Position numbers and translations under genes: made by a program
Assembly: GCA_013003075.1 (NCBI GenBank)
Contig: JABDLJ010000012.1
Span: forward strand, 1,956 to 65,955
Direction of reading: 5' to 3'
Origin: Paracoccaceae bacterium
Lineage (GTDB): Bacteria > Pseudomonadota > Alphaproteobacteria > Rhodobacterales > Rhodobacteraceae
Length of the DNA: 64,000 nucleotides
Part shown: piece after piece, positions 1 to 9,496 of the stretch
How the letters are laid out: every line of letters starts with the position of its first letter
Numbering within the stretch: position 1 is the first letter of the stretch
The notes under the pieces: model-generated
The model's input: the letters and a program-made list of their open reading frames with translations, nothing else
What the model was told of the DNA's origin: nothing
The model's database searches: none

Positions 1-1990
1 CCGAGATATCCTGTCCCATCAGCACCACGTCCGAGGCCACTCGCGCCGCTTCGAGCCCGGTGGCCGGGCTGATCGAGACATGGGCAGCCGCCAGTGCGGC
101 GGTGTCGTTCAGCCCGTCGCCCACCATCAGCACCTTTCGCCCCTCGGCGCCCAGCGCGGCGACGCGCACGGCCTTGTCCTGCGGTAACGCCTCTCCATGG
201 GCCTCGGTTATGCCAAGCCGGGCGGCAAACGCCTCGACCGCCGGGACGGCATCGCCCGAGACCAGAACGATCTGTTTGCCAGCCTCGCGCAAGGCGGCAA
301 TCACCGCCTCGGCGCCGGGACGCAGCGCGTCCTCGAATGCGAAGGTCACGGGCGGACAGTCTTCGATTAAAAGATAAGTCGCCGTCATCGGCGACGGCGT
401 CGCCCCGGCCCAGCCGGCACGGCCCAGGCGAACGCTATGGCCCTGCCAGAGCGCTTCGATACCATAGCCGGGATGCTCGGTGATCTTGTCCAGAGGCTGG
501 GGCGAGACGCCCTGCCGGCCCAGCGTCTTGGCCAGCGACCGCGCCAGCGGATGCGCCGAGGCGCGCGCAAGCGCCAGGGCGATCCCGGCGTCGCGCGGCG
601 CCAGATCGGGAAGCGCCACCGGGCGGGGCGCGCCCATCGTCAGGGTCCCGGTCTTGTCGAACACCACCGTGTCCACCTCGGCCAGACGCTCCAGCGCGGT
701 GCCGTCCTTGATCAAAAGCCCTTTGCGGAAGAGCCGGCCCGAGGCCGCTGTCGTTACCGCCGGAACCGCAAGCCCCAGCGCGCAGGGGCAGGTTATGATC
801 AGCGTGGCGACCGCGATGTTCAAAGACAGGCGCAAATCGCCGCCCGAAACCCACATCCAGACACCAAAGGCGCCGAACGCGAGAAGATGCACCACCGGCG
901 CATAGGCGCTGGCGGCCCGGTCGGCGAGCGCGTTGTAGTTGGCGCGGCCCGCCTCGGCCACGGCGACAAGATCGGCGATGCGGTGCAGGGCTGTATCCTT
1001 GCCGGCTGCGGTCACCTCGACGGTCAGCGGGCCGGTCAGGTTCTGCTCTCCGGCATGGACCGCCTGGCCCGGCCCCGCGAAGGCGGGCAGGCTCTCTCCG
1101 GTCATCAGGGCGCGGTCGATCTCGGACGTGCCCTCGGCCACGCGCCCATCGACCGGGATCCGCGCACCGGGGACCACGCGCACCAGATCGCCGGGGGCCA
1201 GCTCGGCCACCCGCACCGGGGTCTCGACCCCGCCCACAAGACGCATCGCGCGCGGCACGTCAAGCGCCGCCAGCGTCTGCGCGGCAGAGCGTGCCGCGGC
1301 CCGCATCCGATGGTCGAGATAGCGGCCCAGAAGCAGAAAGAAGGTCAGCGACAGCGCGGCATCGAAATAGGCGTGGTGACCGGAAAGCGCGGTCTCCCAC
1401 AGCGACACTGCCACCGCGAGCACGATAGCCAGCGCGATCGGCACATCCATGTTGAGCCGCCGCGCCGATAGCGCCTTTGTGGCGCTGGCGTAGAAGGGCT
1501 TGCCCGCAAAGACCACCGCGGGGATCGCGATGGCGGCGGAAATCCAGTGAAAGAGATCGCGCGTGGCGTCTTCAGCGCCCGACCAGACCGCGACCGACAA
1601 GAGCATCACGTTCATGTTGGCAAAGAACGCCACCGCGAGCCGCATCAGAAGATCGCGCCCCTTGGGATCGGCGCCCGGCGCATCAAGCGCGGTGTCGTCA
1701 AGCTCGTAGGCGTCAAAGCCCAGCGCGGCGAGTTTCCCGATCAGGCTGGCCGGCGTGACCTCCGGCGCTGCGGCGACGCTGGCGCGCTTCAGCGTCAGGT
1801 TGACCCGCGCCGACGCAACGCCGGGCACTTCGGCAAGGCCGCGCTCGACCGTCGAGATACAGCCCGCGCAATGCATCGAGGGGATCGACAGCACCACCGA
1901 GGCCGGCGCCGCGGGCTCTGCCGCAGGGGTGGTGTCTGCTACTGCGCAGCCGGGACAGGCGTGCGGGCCGATATGCTCGGCAACGCTCAT
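1..1990 (-). CDS. ccoI: Copper-translocating P1B-type ATPase CcoI/FixI; N-terminal ~663 codons only, the C-terminus runs off the left edge
   Basis: Absent from the ORF track because its stop lies outside the window. Reverse-strand reading from ATG at 1990-1988 (ATGA overlap with the ccoH stop) gives MSVAEHIG. It shows an MHCAGC metal-binding motif (~1865-1880), a TM ITCPCA motif (~782-800), a DKTGTL phosphorylation site (~644-660) and MVGDGLND (~104-125). It lies downstream of ccoGH. Confidence 0.9.
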   Translation of the reverse strand, partial: MSVAEHIGPHACPGCAVADTTPAAEPAAPASVVLSIPSMHCAGCISTVERGLAEVPGVASARVNLTLKRASVAAAPEVTPASLIGKLAALGFDAYELDDTALDAPGADPKGRDLLMRLAVAFFANMNVMLLSVAVWSGAEDATRDLFHWISAAIAIPAVVFAGKPFYASATKALSARRLNMDVPIALAIVLAVAVSLWETALSGHHAYFDAALSLTFFLLLGRYLDHRMRAAARSAAQTLAALDVPRAMRLVGGVETPVRVAELAPGDLVRVVPGARIPVDGRVAEGTSEIDRALMTGESLPAFAGPGQAVHAGEQNLTGPLTVEVTAAGKDTALHRIADLVAVAEAGRANYNALADRAASAYAPVVHLLAFGAFGVWMWVSGGDLRLSLNIAVATLIITCPCALGLAVPAVTTAASGRLFRKGLLIKDGTALERLAEVDTVVFDKTGTLTMGAPRPVALPDLAPRDAGIALALARASAHPLARSLAKTLGRQGVSPQPLDKITEHPGYGIEALWQGHSVRLGRAGWAGATPSPMTATYLLIEDCPPVTFAFEDALRPGAEAVIAALREAGKQIVLVSGDAVPAVEAFAARLGITEAHGEALPQDKAVRVAALGAEGRKVLMVGDGLNDTAALAAAHVSISPATGLEAARVASDVVLMGQDIS

Positions 1991-2451
1991 GCGCCGTGCC
2001 TGAGGTAAAGAACAATGCGCTGGCGGAACTGCGTGCCGTCTTCGGCGGTCGCGATCAGCCTCAGGTTCCAGTTGCCGGGCGCCAGATCCACCGGTGCACG
2101 AAAAGCGCTTCCGTCATAGGCAAACGCTGGCGTCTGGTCGTCGCCGGTATGCGTGGCGCGGCCCAGCGTCGATTGCAGCGTATCGGGACGCACCGGCCGG
2201 CCGGCCTTGTCGGTAAAGCGCAGCACCAGGCTGCCCCTTTCGATCGCGGCCTCTGCGGTCCAGCCAAGCGCAAGCTGCGCCGCCCGTTCGGCCTCGAACC
2301 GTTGGCTGGCGACGTAAGAGTTCTTGGTCTCCAGCCCCGGAAATGTGCCGACCGCCTTGATCGCCAGAAGCAAGTTCACCGCGATGATCACGGAAAAGGC
2401 GGACACGGTGATGATCAGGACCTTGCGTCCGGTCAGGGGGGCAGAGCTCAT
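1987..2451 (-). CDS. ccoH: FixH/CcoH family cbb3 oxidase assembly protein
   Basis: 154-aa ORF with an N-terminal TM helix (VLIITVSAFSVIIAVNLLLAI). It sits between ccoG and ccoI and has 4-nt overlaps on both sides. Confidence 0.85.
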   Translation of the reverse strand: MSSAPLTGRKVLIITVSAFSVIIAVNLLLAIKAVGTFPGLETKNSYVASQRFEAERAAQLALGWTAEAAIERGSLVLRFTDKAGRPVRPDTLQSTLGRATHTGDDQTPAFAYDGSAFRAPVDLAPGNWNLRLIATAEDGTQFRQRIVLYLRHGA

Positions 2452-3872
2452 GGCGCATCTCCATTGAAGACGGTGTCTTTGTAAACGCGCTCGCCGCTGA
2501 TCAGGTCTTCGACCCAGAAACGGAACTCGCTGCGATCGGCCCCAGCCGGGACCGAACCACGGGGCGCCACGACATACACTCGCTGCAGCTTGGTCTCGTT
2601 GGCCGGAACTTTTACGGTCTCGTAGGGCAAACCCTCAAGCTGCACGCGCAGGGCCGGATCGCCGGTCAGCGAGACCCGGAACGTGCGCTCTTCCCCGTGC
2701 TTGTTGAGTAGCCGCACATCGTAGGCGTTGCGTATCGAGCCGTCCGACAGCGTCACGAAGGTCGGGTTGCGCACCGGCGCGACGGTCGCGTCGATCTCGG
2801 TACGAATGAAAAGCGCCACCAGCATCGCAAGGCCGACAGCCGACCAGAGACTGGTGTAAAGGATCGTGCGGGGCCTGAAAATATGCTTCCAGATCTGCCG
2901 CGGCTTGGTGCCAGCGCGCTCGGCCACCTCATCGGTCAGTGCCATGTAGTCGATCAGCCCGCGCGGCTTGCCGATCCGCGCCATCACGTCGTCGCACGCG
3001 TCGATGCAAAGCGCGCAGGTGATGCACTCCATCTGCTGGCCGTCGCGGATGTCGATCCCCATCGGACAAACCGCGACGCAGGCGTTACAATCGATGCAAT
3101 CGCCCAATTCGGCAGCTTCGGCCGACTTGCGGTGCTTGCCGCGCGGCTCGCCGCGCCATTCGCGGTAGGCCACGGTGATGGTATCCTCGTCCATCATCGC
3201 CGCCTGGATGCGCGGCCAGGGGCAGGCATAGATGCAAATCTGCTCGCGCGCGAAGCCGCCGAAGACAAAGGTCGTCGCAGTCAGAATGGCGATGGTGATA
3301 TAGGCAACCGGATGCGCGCTGAAGGTCACAAGATCGCGCACCAATTGCGGCGCATCGGTGAAATAGAATACCCAGGCGCCGCCGGTGGCCACCGCGATCA
3401 GAAGCCAGACCACCCACTTGGTCAGCCGCAGCCGAACCTTGCGCCCGGACCACTTGGCGTTCCACAGCCGCACCCGGGCATTGCGGTCGCCCTCGATCCA
3501 GCGCTCCACCAGGATGAAAAGATCGGTCCAGACGGTTTGCGGGCAGGCATAGCCGCACCAGACCCGGCCAAGCGCGCTGGTAAAGAGAAAAAGACCAAGC
3601 CCCGCCATGATCAAAAGCCCGGCGACGAAGTAGAACTCGTGCGGCCAGATCTCGATCCAGAAGAAGAAGAAGCGCCGGCTGGCAAGATCGACCAGAACCG
3701 CCTGATCCGGTAATTCGGGGCCGCGGTCCCAGCGGATCCAGGGCGTGATGTAGTAGATGCCCAGCGTCACCACCATGATCCACCATTTCAGCGTGCGGAA
3801 CGGGCCTGTGACGCGGCGCGGAAAGACCGGCTCGCGCGCGGCATAAAGAGAGGGTGTCTGATCGGCTGGCAT
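2448..3872 (-). CDS. ccoG: Cytochrome c oxidase accessory protein CcoG/FixG (polyferredoxin-like membrane protein)
   Basis: 474-aa ORF with two 4Fe-4S motifs (CIDCNACVAVCP and CITCALCIDAC) and several TM helices. Position matches ccoGHIS synteny. Confidence 0.92.
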   Translation of the reverse strand: MPADQTPSLYAAREPVFPRRVTGPFRTLKWWIMVVTLGIYYITPWIRWDRGPELPDQAVLVDLASRRFFFFWIEIWPHEFYFVAGLLIMAGLGLFLFTSALGRVWCGYACPQTVWTDLFILVERWIEGDRNARVRLWNAKWSGRKVRLRLTKWVVWLLIAVATGGAWVFYFTDAPQLVRDLVTFSAHPVAYITIAILTATTFVFGGFAREQICIYACPWPRIQAAMMDEDTITVAYREWRGEPRGKHRKSAEAAELGDCIDCNACVAVCPMGIDIRDGQQMECITCALCIDACDDVMARIGKPRGLIDYMALTDEVAERAGTKPRQIWKHIFRPRTILYTSLWSAVGLAMLVALFIRTEIDATVAPVRNPTFVTLSDGSIRNAYDVRLLNKHGEERTFRVSLTGDPALRVQLEGLPYETVKVPANETKLQRVYVVAPRGSVPAGADRSEFRFWVEDLISGERVYKDTVFNGDAP

Positions 3873-3926
3873 AATCGTTCGTTCCTGTTCGCAGCTTACA
3901 TATCTACTGCCTTTGCTGAAAACTCC

Positions 3927-3940
3927 TTGATGCAGGTCAA
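3927..3940 (-). promoter_or_regulatory. FNR/FnrL-type box TTGAT-N4-GTCAA upstream of ccoG
   Basis: ttgatgcaggtcaa is centred about 61 nt upstream of the ccoG ATG (3872). It matches the TTGAT-N4-ATCAA consensus at 9 of 10 half-site positions. Confidence 0.7.
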
Positions 3941-4030
3941 GTTTTTGGCGCCGCTGCGTTCAGTGCCGTTCAAAACCTTCAAAGCAGCCCATGGACGGCA
4001 CGCCAGACAGGGCTGCACCCCCGGGGTCGC

Positions 4031-4066
4031 CAAAACGTGAAGACGGCGACGCATCGCTGCGTCGCC
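4031..4066 (-). terminator. Possible intrinsic terminator or attenuator hairpin after ccoP
   Basis: Perfect 9-bp stem ggcgacgca/tgcgtcgcc (4045-4066). On the transcribed strand the loop is GCGA (GNRA type). A GUUUUGG run follows about 8 nt downstream. The spacer between stem and U-run is atypical. Confidence 0.4.
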
Positions 4067-4161
4067 GCTCCACCCCGACGTTCCGAATGATTTGCGCGAA
4101 CAGGTTCGGTACGTCAGGTCGGTCCGGATACCTTTCGGCGTCCGGATCGTGTCGGAGCCCC

Positions 4162-5046
4162 CTATTCCCCGCCACCCAGTTGATGCACATACGCGGCCAC
4201 GGCGTTGATCTCGGCCTGGTCCAGGCCGCCGCCACCGGGGCGGTACTCTTCGCCCCAAGCCGGCATCACACCAAAGCGGCTATAGGTGATCGTTTCGGTT
4301 AGGTGCTCTTCCGAGCCGCCATAGAGCCAGATCGCATCCACAAGGTTCGGTGCGCCTATCGTTGGATCGCCCATTCCGGCCTCGCCGTGGCAGGCCGAAC
4401 ATTGCTCCAGGTAGATCTCGGCCCCCTGCGCCGCGAGCGCTGCGTCATGCTCTTGGTCTGAGATCGAGCGGACATAATTGACCGCTGCGGCGATTTCCTC
4501 TTCCGACAGGATCTCTCCGAAGGCAGGCATCTGCGACCAGCGACTATCAGGCGACTGCTCGTTTCGAATTCCGTGAGTGATGGTATAGGCGATGTCGTCG
4601 ATCGCACCGCCCCAGAGCCAGTCATCGTCCAGAAGGTTGGGATAGCCCGAGGCCTGGACACCGGCCGCGCCGGAGCCATGGCATTGCGAGCAATTGGCGC
4701 GGAAGATCGCCGCTCCGGCATTGACCGCATATTGCTGCAGCTCGGAATTGCCCGAAAGCAACGCCAACTCGATCGAGGCCAGCTCTTGTGTCGCGCCGGC
4801 ATTCGCCTCGTTCACCGCTTCGATATCCTTGGCCACCTCGGCGCGGGTCGAATAGCCGGATATTCCGGGCGTCGCGCCCTCTATCAGGGGCCAGGCCGGA
4901 CGGGCGATGGTATAGCCGATGCCCCAGATGATGGTGATGTAGAAAGTCCACAGCCACCAGCGCGGCATCGGGTTGTCGTACTCGCGAATGCCATCCCAGA
5001 CATGACCGGTGGTATCCGGCTCTTTCTTGTCGTGTTCAGTTGTCAT
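4162..5046 (-). CDS. ccoP: cbb3-type cytochrome c oxidase subunit III (diheme cytochrome c)
   Basis: 294-aa ORF with two heme-binding motifs (CSQCHG and CSACHG) and an N-terminal TM helix. It overlaps ccoQ by 4 nt. Confidence 0.95.
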   Translation of the reverse strand: MTTEHDKKEPDTTGHVWDGIREYDNPMPRWWLWTFYITIIWGIGYTIARPAWPLIEGATPGISGYSTRAEVAKDIEAVNEANAGATQELASIELALLSGNSELQQYAVNAGAAIFRANCSQCHGSGAAGVQASGYPNLLDDDWLWGGAIDDIAYTITHGIRNEQSPDSRWSQMPAFGEILSEEEIAAAVNYVRSISDQEHDAALAAQGAEIYLEQCSACHGEAGMGDPTIGAPNLVDAIWLYGGSEEHLTETITYSRFGVMPAWGEEYRPGGGGLDQAEINAVAAYVHQLGGGE

Positions 5047-5249
5047 GTCTTGGCCTCCTTGAGGCTTGTCTCATCACCCACCGCATCGGCCGGCAGATCA
5101 TCATACTTGAACGGAATATCGGCAGTCTCGCGATGGACGCGCCAGCTGCCGGGGCGGAAGGCCCAGACAATCACTCCGATGAAGAAGGAAAAGAGCGCCA
5201 GCAGAACCCAGCTGTCGGCGATCTCGCGCAGAATGGAATAGGTGTCCAT
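5043..5249 (-). CDS. ccoQ: cbb3-type cytochrome oxidase small subunit CcoQ/FixQ
   Basis: 68-aa ORF with a single TM helix (WVLLALFSFFIGVIVWAF), located between ccoO and ccoP. Confidence 0.85.
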   Translation of the reverse strand: MDTYSILREIADSWVLLALFSFFIGVIVWAFRPGSWRVHRETADIPFKYDDLPADAVGDETSLKEAKT

Positions 5250-5259
5250 GCCCGCCCCC

Positions 5260-5985
5260 TTACCGGCTTTGCTCGGGCGTGAAGGTCGAGAAGTCGACCA
5301 GCGTGCCCAGCATTTGCATATAGGCGATCAGCGCATCCATCTCCGAGATGCCGGTCTCGCTGTCGAAATTGCGGACCTGCGCGCCGGGATAGCGCTCCAG
5401 CAGACCGTCAAAATCGCTGTCGGGATCGGCCTGGGCACGGAAATCATCCTCCGCGGCCTCGATCATCTCGTCCGTGTAGGGCACGCCGACCATCTGATGC
5501 GCCTGCATCAGGTCGGTGATGTATTCAGGCTTGATGATCTCGGTCTTCAGGAAGGCGTATTTCGGCATGATGCTTTCGGGCACGACCGATTGCGGATCGC
5601 TGAAGTGATCGACGTGCCAGTCATCCGAGTAGCGCCCGCCGACCCGCGCCAGATCCGGCCCGGTGCGCTTTGAACCCCATTGGAACGGATGATCGTACTG
5701 CGATTCCGCCGCCAGCGAATAATGCCCGTAGCGCTCGACCTCGTCGCGCATCGGGCGGATCATCTGACTGTGGCAGACATAGCAGCCCTCGCGGATATAG
5801 ATCTCGCGCCCGGTCAGCTCCAGCGGCGAATAGGGCCGCATCCCGTCCACGTCCTCGATCGTGTTCTCCAGGTAGAAGAGCGGCGCGATCTCGACGATGC
5901 CGCCCACGGTGACCACCAGAAGCGATCCGACCAGCAGCAGCGTGGCGTTGGTTTCGATATACTTGTGCTTGTCCAGAATGCCCAT
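5260..5985 (-). CDS. ccoO: cbb3-type cytochrome c oxidase subunit II (monoheme cytochrome c)
   Basis: 241-aa ORF with a CYVCHSQ heme motif and an N-terminal TM anchor. It follows ccoN. Confidence 0.95.
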   Translation of the reverse strand: MGILDKHKYIETNATLLLVGSLLVVTVGGIVEIAPLFYLENTIEDVDGMRPYSPLELTGREIYIREGCYVCHSQMIRPMRDEVERYGHYSLAAESQYDHPFQWGSKRTGPDLARVGGRYSDDWHVDHFSDPQSVVPESIMPKYAFLKTEIIKPEYITDLMQAHQMVGVPYTDEMIEAAEDDFRAQADPDSDFDGLLERYPGAQVRNFDSETGISEMDALIAYMQMLGTLVDFSTFTPEQSR

Positions 5986-5997
5986 GTTTTCAGCTCC

Positions 5998-7596
5998 TTA
6001 TTCGGCAGGAGCCATGGCAGGGGCGGCCTCTTTGGCCGGGGACCTGCGCACGGTCATCCAGAGATTGTAGCACATGATGAGAGCACCGGTGAGGAACAGG
6101 ACCCCGCCAAGGGCGCGCACCACGTACATCGGGAACTTCGCGGCCACGGTGTCGGCAAATCCCCAAACGAGGAAGCCATTGGCGTCGACCTCGCGCCACA
6201 TCAGGCCCTCCATGATGCCGGTGACCCACATCGAGGCGGCGTACAGCACGATGCCGATCGTCGCGAGCCAGAAGTGCCAGTTCACCAGGCTGAGGCTGTA
6301 AAGCCGCTCGCGGTTCCACAGGCGCGGCACCAGGAAGTAGAGCGCGCCGAAAGTGATCATGCCGTTCCAGCCCAGAGCGCCGGAATGCACGTGGCCGATG
6401 GTCCAGTCGGTGTAGTGGCTCAGCGAGTTCACCGCACGGATCGACATCATCGGGCCCTCGAAAGTGGACATGCCGTAAAAGCCCAGGCTGACCACCATCA
6501 TCCGGATGATCGGATCGGTCCGCAGCTTGTCCCACGCGCCCGAAAGCGTCATCAGGCCGTTGATCATGCCGCCCCAGCTTGGCATCCACAAGACAACCGA
6601 GAACACCATGCCCAGCGTCGACGCCCAGTCGGGCAGCGCCGTGTAGTGCAGGTGGTGCGGTCCGGCCCAGATATAAAGGAAGATCAGCGCCCAGAAGTGG
6701 ATGATCGAAAGCTTGTAGGAAAAGATCGGGCGCTCGGCCTGCTTGGGCACGAAGTAGTACATCATTCCCAGAAAGCCTGCGGTCAGGAAGAAGCCCACCG
6801 CGTTGTGCCCGTACCACCACTGCGTCATCGCGTCCTGCACACCCGAGAAAAGCTGCACCGAGCGCGAGCCCCAGATCGAGACGGGCACGCTGAGGTTATT
6901 GACCACATGCAGCATCGCCACGGTGACGATGAAGGACAAAAGGAACCAGTTGGCGACGTAGATATGCTTTTCCTTGCGCCGCATCAGCGTGCCAAGGAAG
7001 ACCAGAAGATAGGCGACCCAGACGATGGTCAGCCACAGATCGACATACCATTCCGGCTCGGCGTATTCTTTCGATTGCGTGGCGCCCAGCAGATAGCCCG
7101 TGGCAGCCAGCACGATAAACAGATTGTAGCCCCAGAAGACGAACCAGCCCAGGTTGCCACCCCACAGCCGCGTCGCGCAGGTGCGCTGGACGATGTAGAA
7201 CGAGGTGCAGATCAGCGCGTTGCCGCCAAAAGCGAAGATCACCGCCGATGTGTGCAGGGGCCGCAGGCGCCCGAAATTGGCGTAGGGCTGGGCCCAGTCC
7301 AGGTTCAGCACAGGAAACGCCAGCTGAAAGGCGATGTAGACGCCGACCAAAAAGCCGGTCACGCCCCAGAATGCGGTGGCGACCACGCCGGCGCGGATCA
7401 CGTCATCCATGTAGCCGACCTGGGGCGCCGGTTTCGGCTCTCCTACCCGGCGCACGTTCCACAGGAACATCCCGCCGGCGATCAGCATGATCAGAAGCGC
7501 ATGGACCATGTAGGCGGCGTCACGCGCGTAGTTCGCGGCAATCGCCGCAAATAGCGCGATCAGCGCCAAGGCAATGAGTTTAACGATGTCCCACAT
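5998..7596 (-). CDS. ccoN: cbb3-type cytochrome c oxidase subunit I
   Basis: Multi-TM heme-copper oxidase sequence ([21 protein letters not shown]). The track ORF extends to 7725. I place the start at the internal ATG 7596 ([10 protein letters not shown]), which has an AAGGGA RBS and precedes the first TM helix. The upstream extension is Arg-rich and overlaps the FNR box. Confidence 0.9.
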   Translation of the reverse strand: MWDIVKLIALALIALFAAIAANYARDAAYMVHALLIMLIAGGMFLWNVRRVGEPKPAPQVGYMDDVIRAGVVATAFWGVTGFLVGVYIAFQLAFPVLNLDWAQPYANFGRLRPLHTSAVIFAFGGNALICTSFYIVQRTCATRLWGGNLGWFVFWGYNLFIVLAATGYLLGATQSKEYAEPEWYVDLWLTIVWVAYLLVFLGTLMRRKEKHIYVANWFLLSFIVTVAMLHVVNNLSVPVSIWGSRSVQLFSGVQDAMTQWWYGHNAVGFFLTAGFLGMMYYFVPKQAERPIFSYKLSIIHFWALIFLYIWAGPHHLHYTALPDWASTLGMVFSVVLWMPSWGGMINGLMTLSGAWDKLRTDPIIRMMVVSLGFYGMSTFEGPMMSIRAVNSLSHYTDWTIGHVHSGALGWNGMITFGALYFLVPRLWNRERLYSLSLVNWHFWLATIGIVLYAASMWVTGIMEGLMWREVDANGFLVWGFADTVAAKFPMYVVRALGGVLFLTGALIMCYNLWMTVRRSPAKEAAPAMAPAE

Positions 7597-7692
7597 CAGT
7601 CGTCCCTTCGTTCTGCGGCAACAGGGGGCGGCCGCGCAATTCGCGACCTGTCGCATCGCAGACTGAATGGACCCAAAGCCACGCCTTCGTCC

Positions 7693-7706
7693 TTGATTCA
7701 GGTCAA
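7693..7706 (-). promoter_or_regulatory. FNR/FnrL-type box TTGAT-N4-GTCAA upstream of ccoN
   Basis: ttgattcaggtcaa is centred about 103 nt upstream of the ccoN ATG (7596). Confidence 0.7.
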
Positions 7707-7724
7707 GGTTTTTGGCTGGCCTCA

Positions 7725-7738
7725 TTGATACGGATCAA
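7725..7738 (+). promoter_or_regulatory. Perfect FNR-type box TTGAT-N4-ATCAA upstream of the USP gene
   Basis: ttgatacggatcaa is centred about 69 nt upstream of the USP ATG (7801), in the divergent ccoN/usp intergenic region. Confidence 0.7.
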
Positions 7739-7800
7739 CGTCGCGGCACGGCTCCGAAGGCTAGGATCGCTTTGCCGGCAACAGCGGAGGAGAGCAAGAA

Positions 7801-8640
7801 ATGTCCTTTAAATCTATCATCACGTTCGTGCATGACATGAAGGCGGACGATCACGTGCTTCAATCGGCCGCCTCGATTGCCGCAGCCCATGGCGCGCATC
7901 TTTCGGTGGTGTGCCTTGGCATCGATCAGACCAATCCGGGCGTCTACTACGCCGGCGCGAACGCTTTGGCGCTGCAGCATACCCTCGAGATAGCCGAGAA
8001 CGAGGCGCGCAGCAGCGAGCAAGCGGTCCGCGACGCGCTCAAGGGCTGGGATGTGCAGTGGGACGTCAGCGCCATCACCGCGCAGATCGGCGCCTTGGGC
8101 TATGTCGTTGGCGATCGCGCGCAGTTTGCCGACCTCGTAGTACTCGGCAAGCCCTACGGCCCGGACCGCGGTGTCGAAGACGTCGCGATCCTGGAAGCCG
8201 CGCTCTTCCGCACCCGCGTTCCGGTCGTGGTCCTGCCCGAAGGCGTCTCGGAGAATATCGAGCCGAAGAATATCCTGATCGCCTGGAATGAAGGCGCCGA
8301 GGCGCTCGCCGCCGTGCGCGCCGCCCTGCCCTATCTGCACGTGGCCGAAAACGTCTGCATCGCGATCATCGATCCGCCGTCCCATGGGCCGACCCGGTCC
8401 GATCCCGGAGGCGCGCTGGCCTCGATGCTGTCACGCCGCCAGATCAGCACCCAAGTGACATTGCTGCCCAAGACGATGCCGCGTGTATCCGATGTGCTGG
8501 AGCGGCACTGCGGCGATTTCAACACCGACCTTCTGGTGATGGGAGCGTACGGCCACTCGCGTCTGCGCGAGGCGATCCTCGGCGGCACCACGCGCAACAC
8601 GCTGGAAAACGCGACCATCCCGGTCCTGATGGCGCACTGA
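7801..8640 (+). CDS. Universal stress protein, tandem-domain UspA family
   Basis: 279-aa ORF with two USP-like halves. The C-terminal motif region is LLVMGAYGHSRLREAILGGTTRNTL. Confidence 0.85.
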   Translation: MSFKSIITFVHDMKADDHVLQSAASIAAAHGAHLSVVCLGIDQTNPGVYYAGANALALQHTLEIAENEARSSEQAVRDALKGWDVQWDVSAITAQIGALGYVVGDRAQFADLVVLGKPYGPDRGVEDVAILEAALFRTRVPVVVLPEGVSENIEPKNILIAWNEGAEALAAVRAALPYLHVAENVCIAIIDPPSHGPTRSDPGGALASMLSRRQISTQVTLLPKTMPRVSDVLERHCGDFNTDLLVMGAYGHSRLREAILGGTTRNTLENATIPVLMAH

Positions 8641-8662
8641 CGCCGGGGCGTCCTGCTTCGCT

Positions 8663-9406
8663 TTAGCGCAGCGCGCCGTCCACGTCGTCGCCGGTCTCGG
8701 ACATCAACCGGCCCATGTCTGGCACCATGATGTTGCGCTTGCCATCAAGCACGATCACCCCATCGCGTTTCAGGGCCGAGATCTGGCGGCTCACGGTCTC
8801 CAGCGTCAAGCCAAGATAGTCGGCCATCACTTCGCGCGTCATCGGCAGTACGACCTCGATGTTGCGCGGCTTTAGGGTAGTGCCGGGAACGGCATTGCGC
8901 CGTGCGATGATGTTGATCAGGCTAGAGATTTTCTCGCGCGCCGACTTGCGCCCCAGAAGCAGCATCCAGTCGCGCGCCGCATCAAGCTCATCCAGGGACA
9001 TCTCCAAGAGCCGCTGGCTGACATTCGGGGTCCGCACCAGCAGGTCCTCGAAGGGCCGCTTGCGAAAGCAGCACAATGTCACGTCCGACACCGCTGTCAC
9101 GGTAAAGGGCACGTTATCGCGTCCCGGCCGGCCGATGAAGTCGGAAGCCAGCAGCAGGCCCACCATCTGGGTGCGCCCGTCCTCCATCGTCTGCGTCAGG
9201 TTGGCGACGCCCGAGACGACCGAGCCCACGAATTCCATGTGGTCGCCCGCCCAGACCATCGTCTGACCAGCCTTGTAGCTGCGATAATACTTGATCGCCT
9301 CGAGCTGCTCGAACTCGACCGCTTCGCACCGCGCACAGACGGCACGGTGACGGATCGGGCAATCGCTACAACTGCGCAACTGCGTTGCACTTTCAAGTCG
9401 TCCCAT
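8663..9406 (-). CDS. fnrL: Crp/Fnr family transcriptional regulator (FnrL-type oxygen sensor)
   Basis: 247-aa ORF with an N-terminal Cys cluster (CSDCPIRHRAVCARC), a cNMP-binding-like fold and a C-terminal HTH (YLGLTLETVSRQISALKRDG). It neighbours the cco genes and FNR boxes. Confidence 0.9.
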   Translation of the reverse strand: MGRLESATQLRSCSDCPIRHRAVCARCEAVEFEQLEAIKYYRSYKAGQTMVWAGDHMEFVGSVVSGVANLTQTMEDGRTQMVGLLLASDFIGRPGRDNVPFTVTAVSDVTLCCFRKRPFEDLLVRTPNVSQRLLEMSLDELDAARDWMLLLGRKSAREKISSLINIIARRNAVPGTTLKPRNIEVVLPMTREVMADYLGLTLETVSRQISALKRDGVIVLDGKRNIMVPDMGRLMSETGDDVDGALR

Positions 9407-9496
9407 CGCTGAAACTTCTTCGCTTTCGTTGAATTTTTGTTCGCGCGTTCCGGAAAGCTTACCGACAAACCACCCTGCAGCGCAATAGCCGGCCGT

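Noticed and set aside
437-1471. 344-aa plus-strand ORF at the left end, plus several other ORFs at 60-2015
   Set aside because: The minus strand here encodes a P-type ATPase with DKTGT, CPC and GDGxND motifs that I verified in the DNA. The listed ORFs are antisense or out of frame.
5680-7554. 624-aa plus-strand ORF overlapping ccoO and ccoN
   Set aside because: It is antisense to two strongly supported oxidase genes. Its product is Arg/His/Pro/Gly-rich and low-complexity, typical of spurious long ORFs on the opposite strand of GC-rich genes.
8639-8654. Short hairpin gacgc-cggg-gcgtc between the convergent USP and fnrL genes, considered as a terminator
   Set aside because: The stem is only 5 bp and there is no flanking T/A run. 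That is too weak to call.
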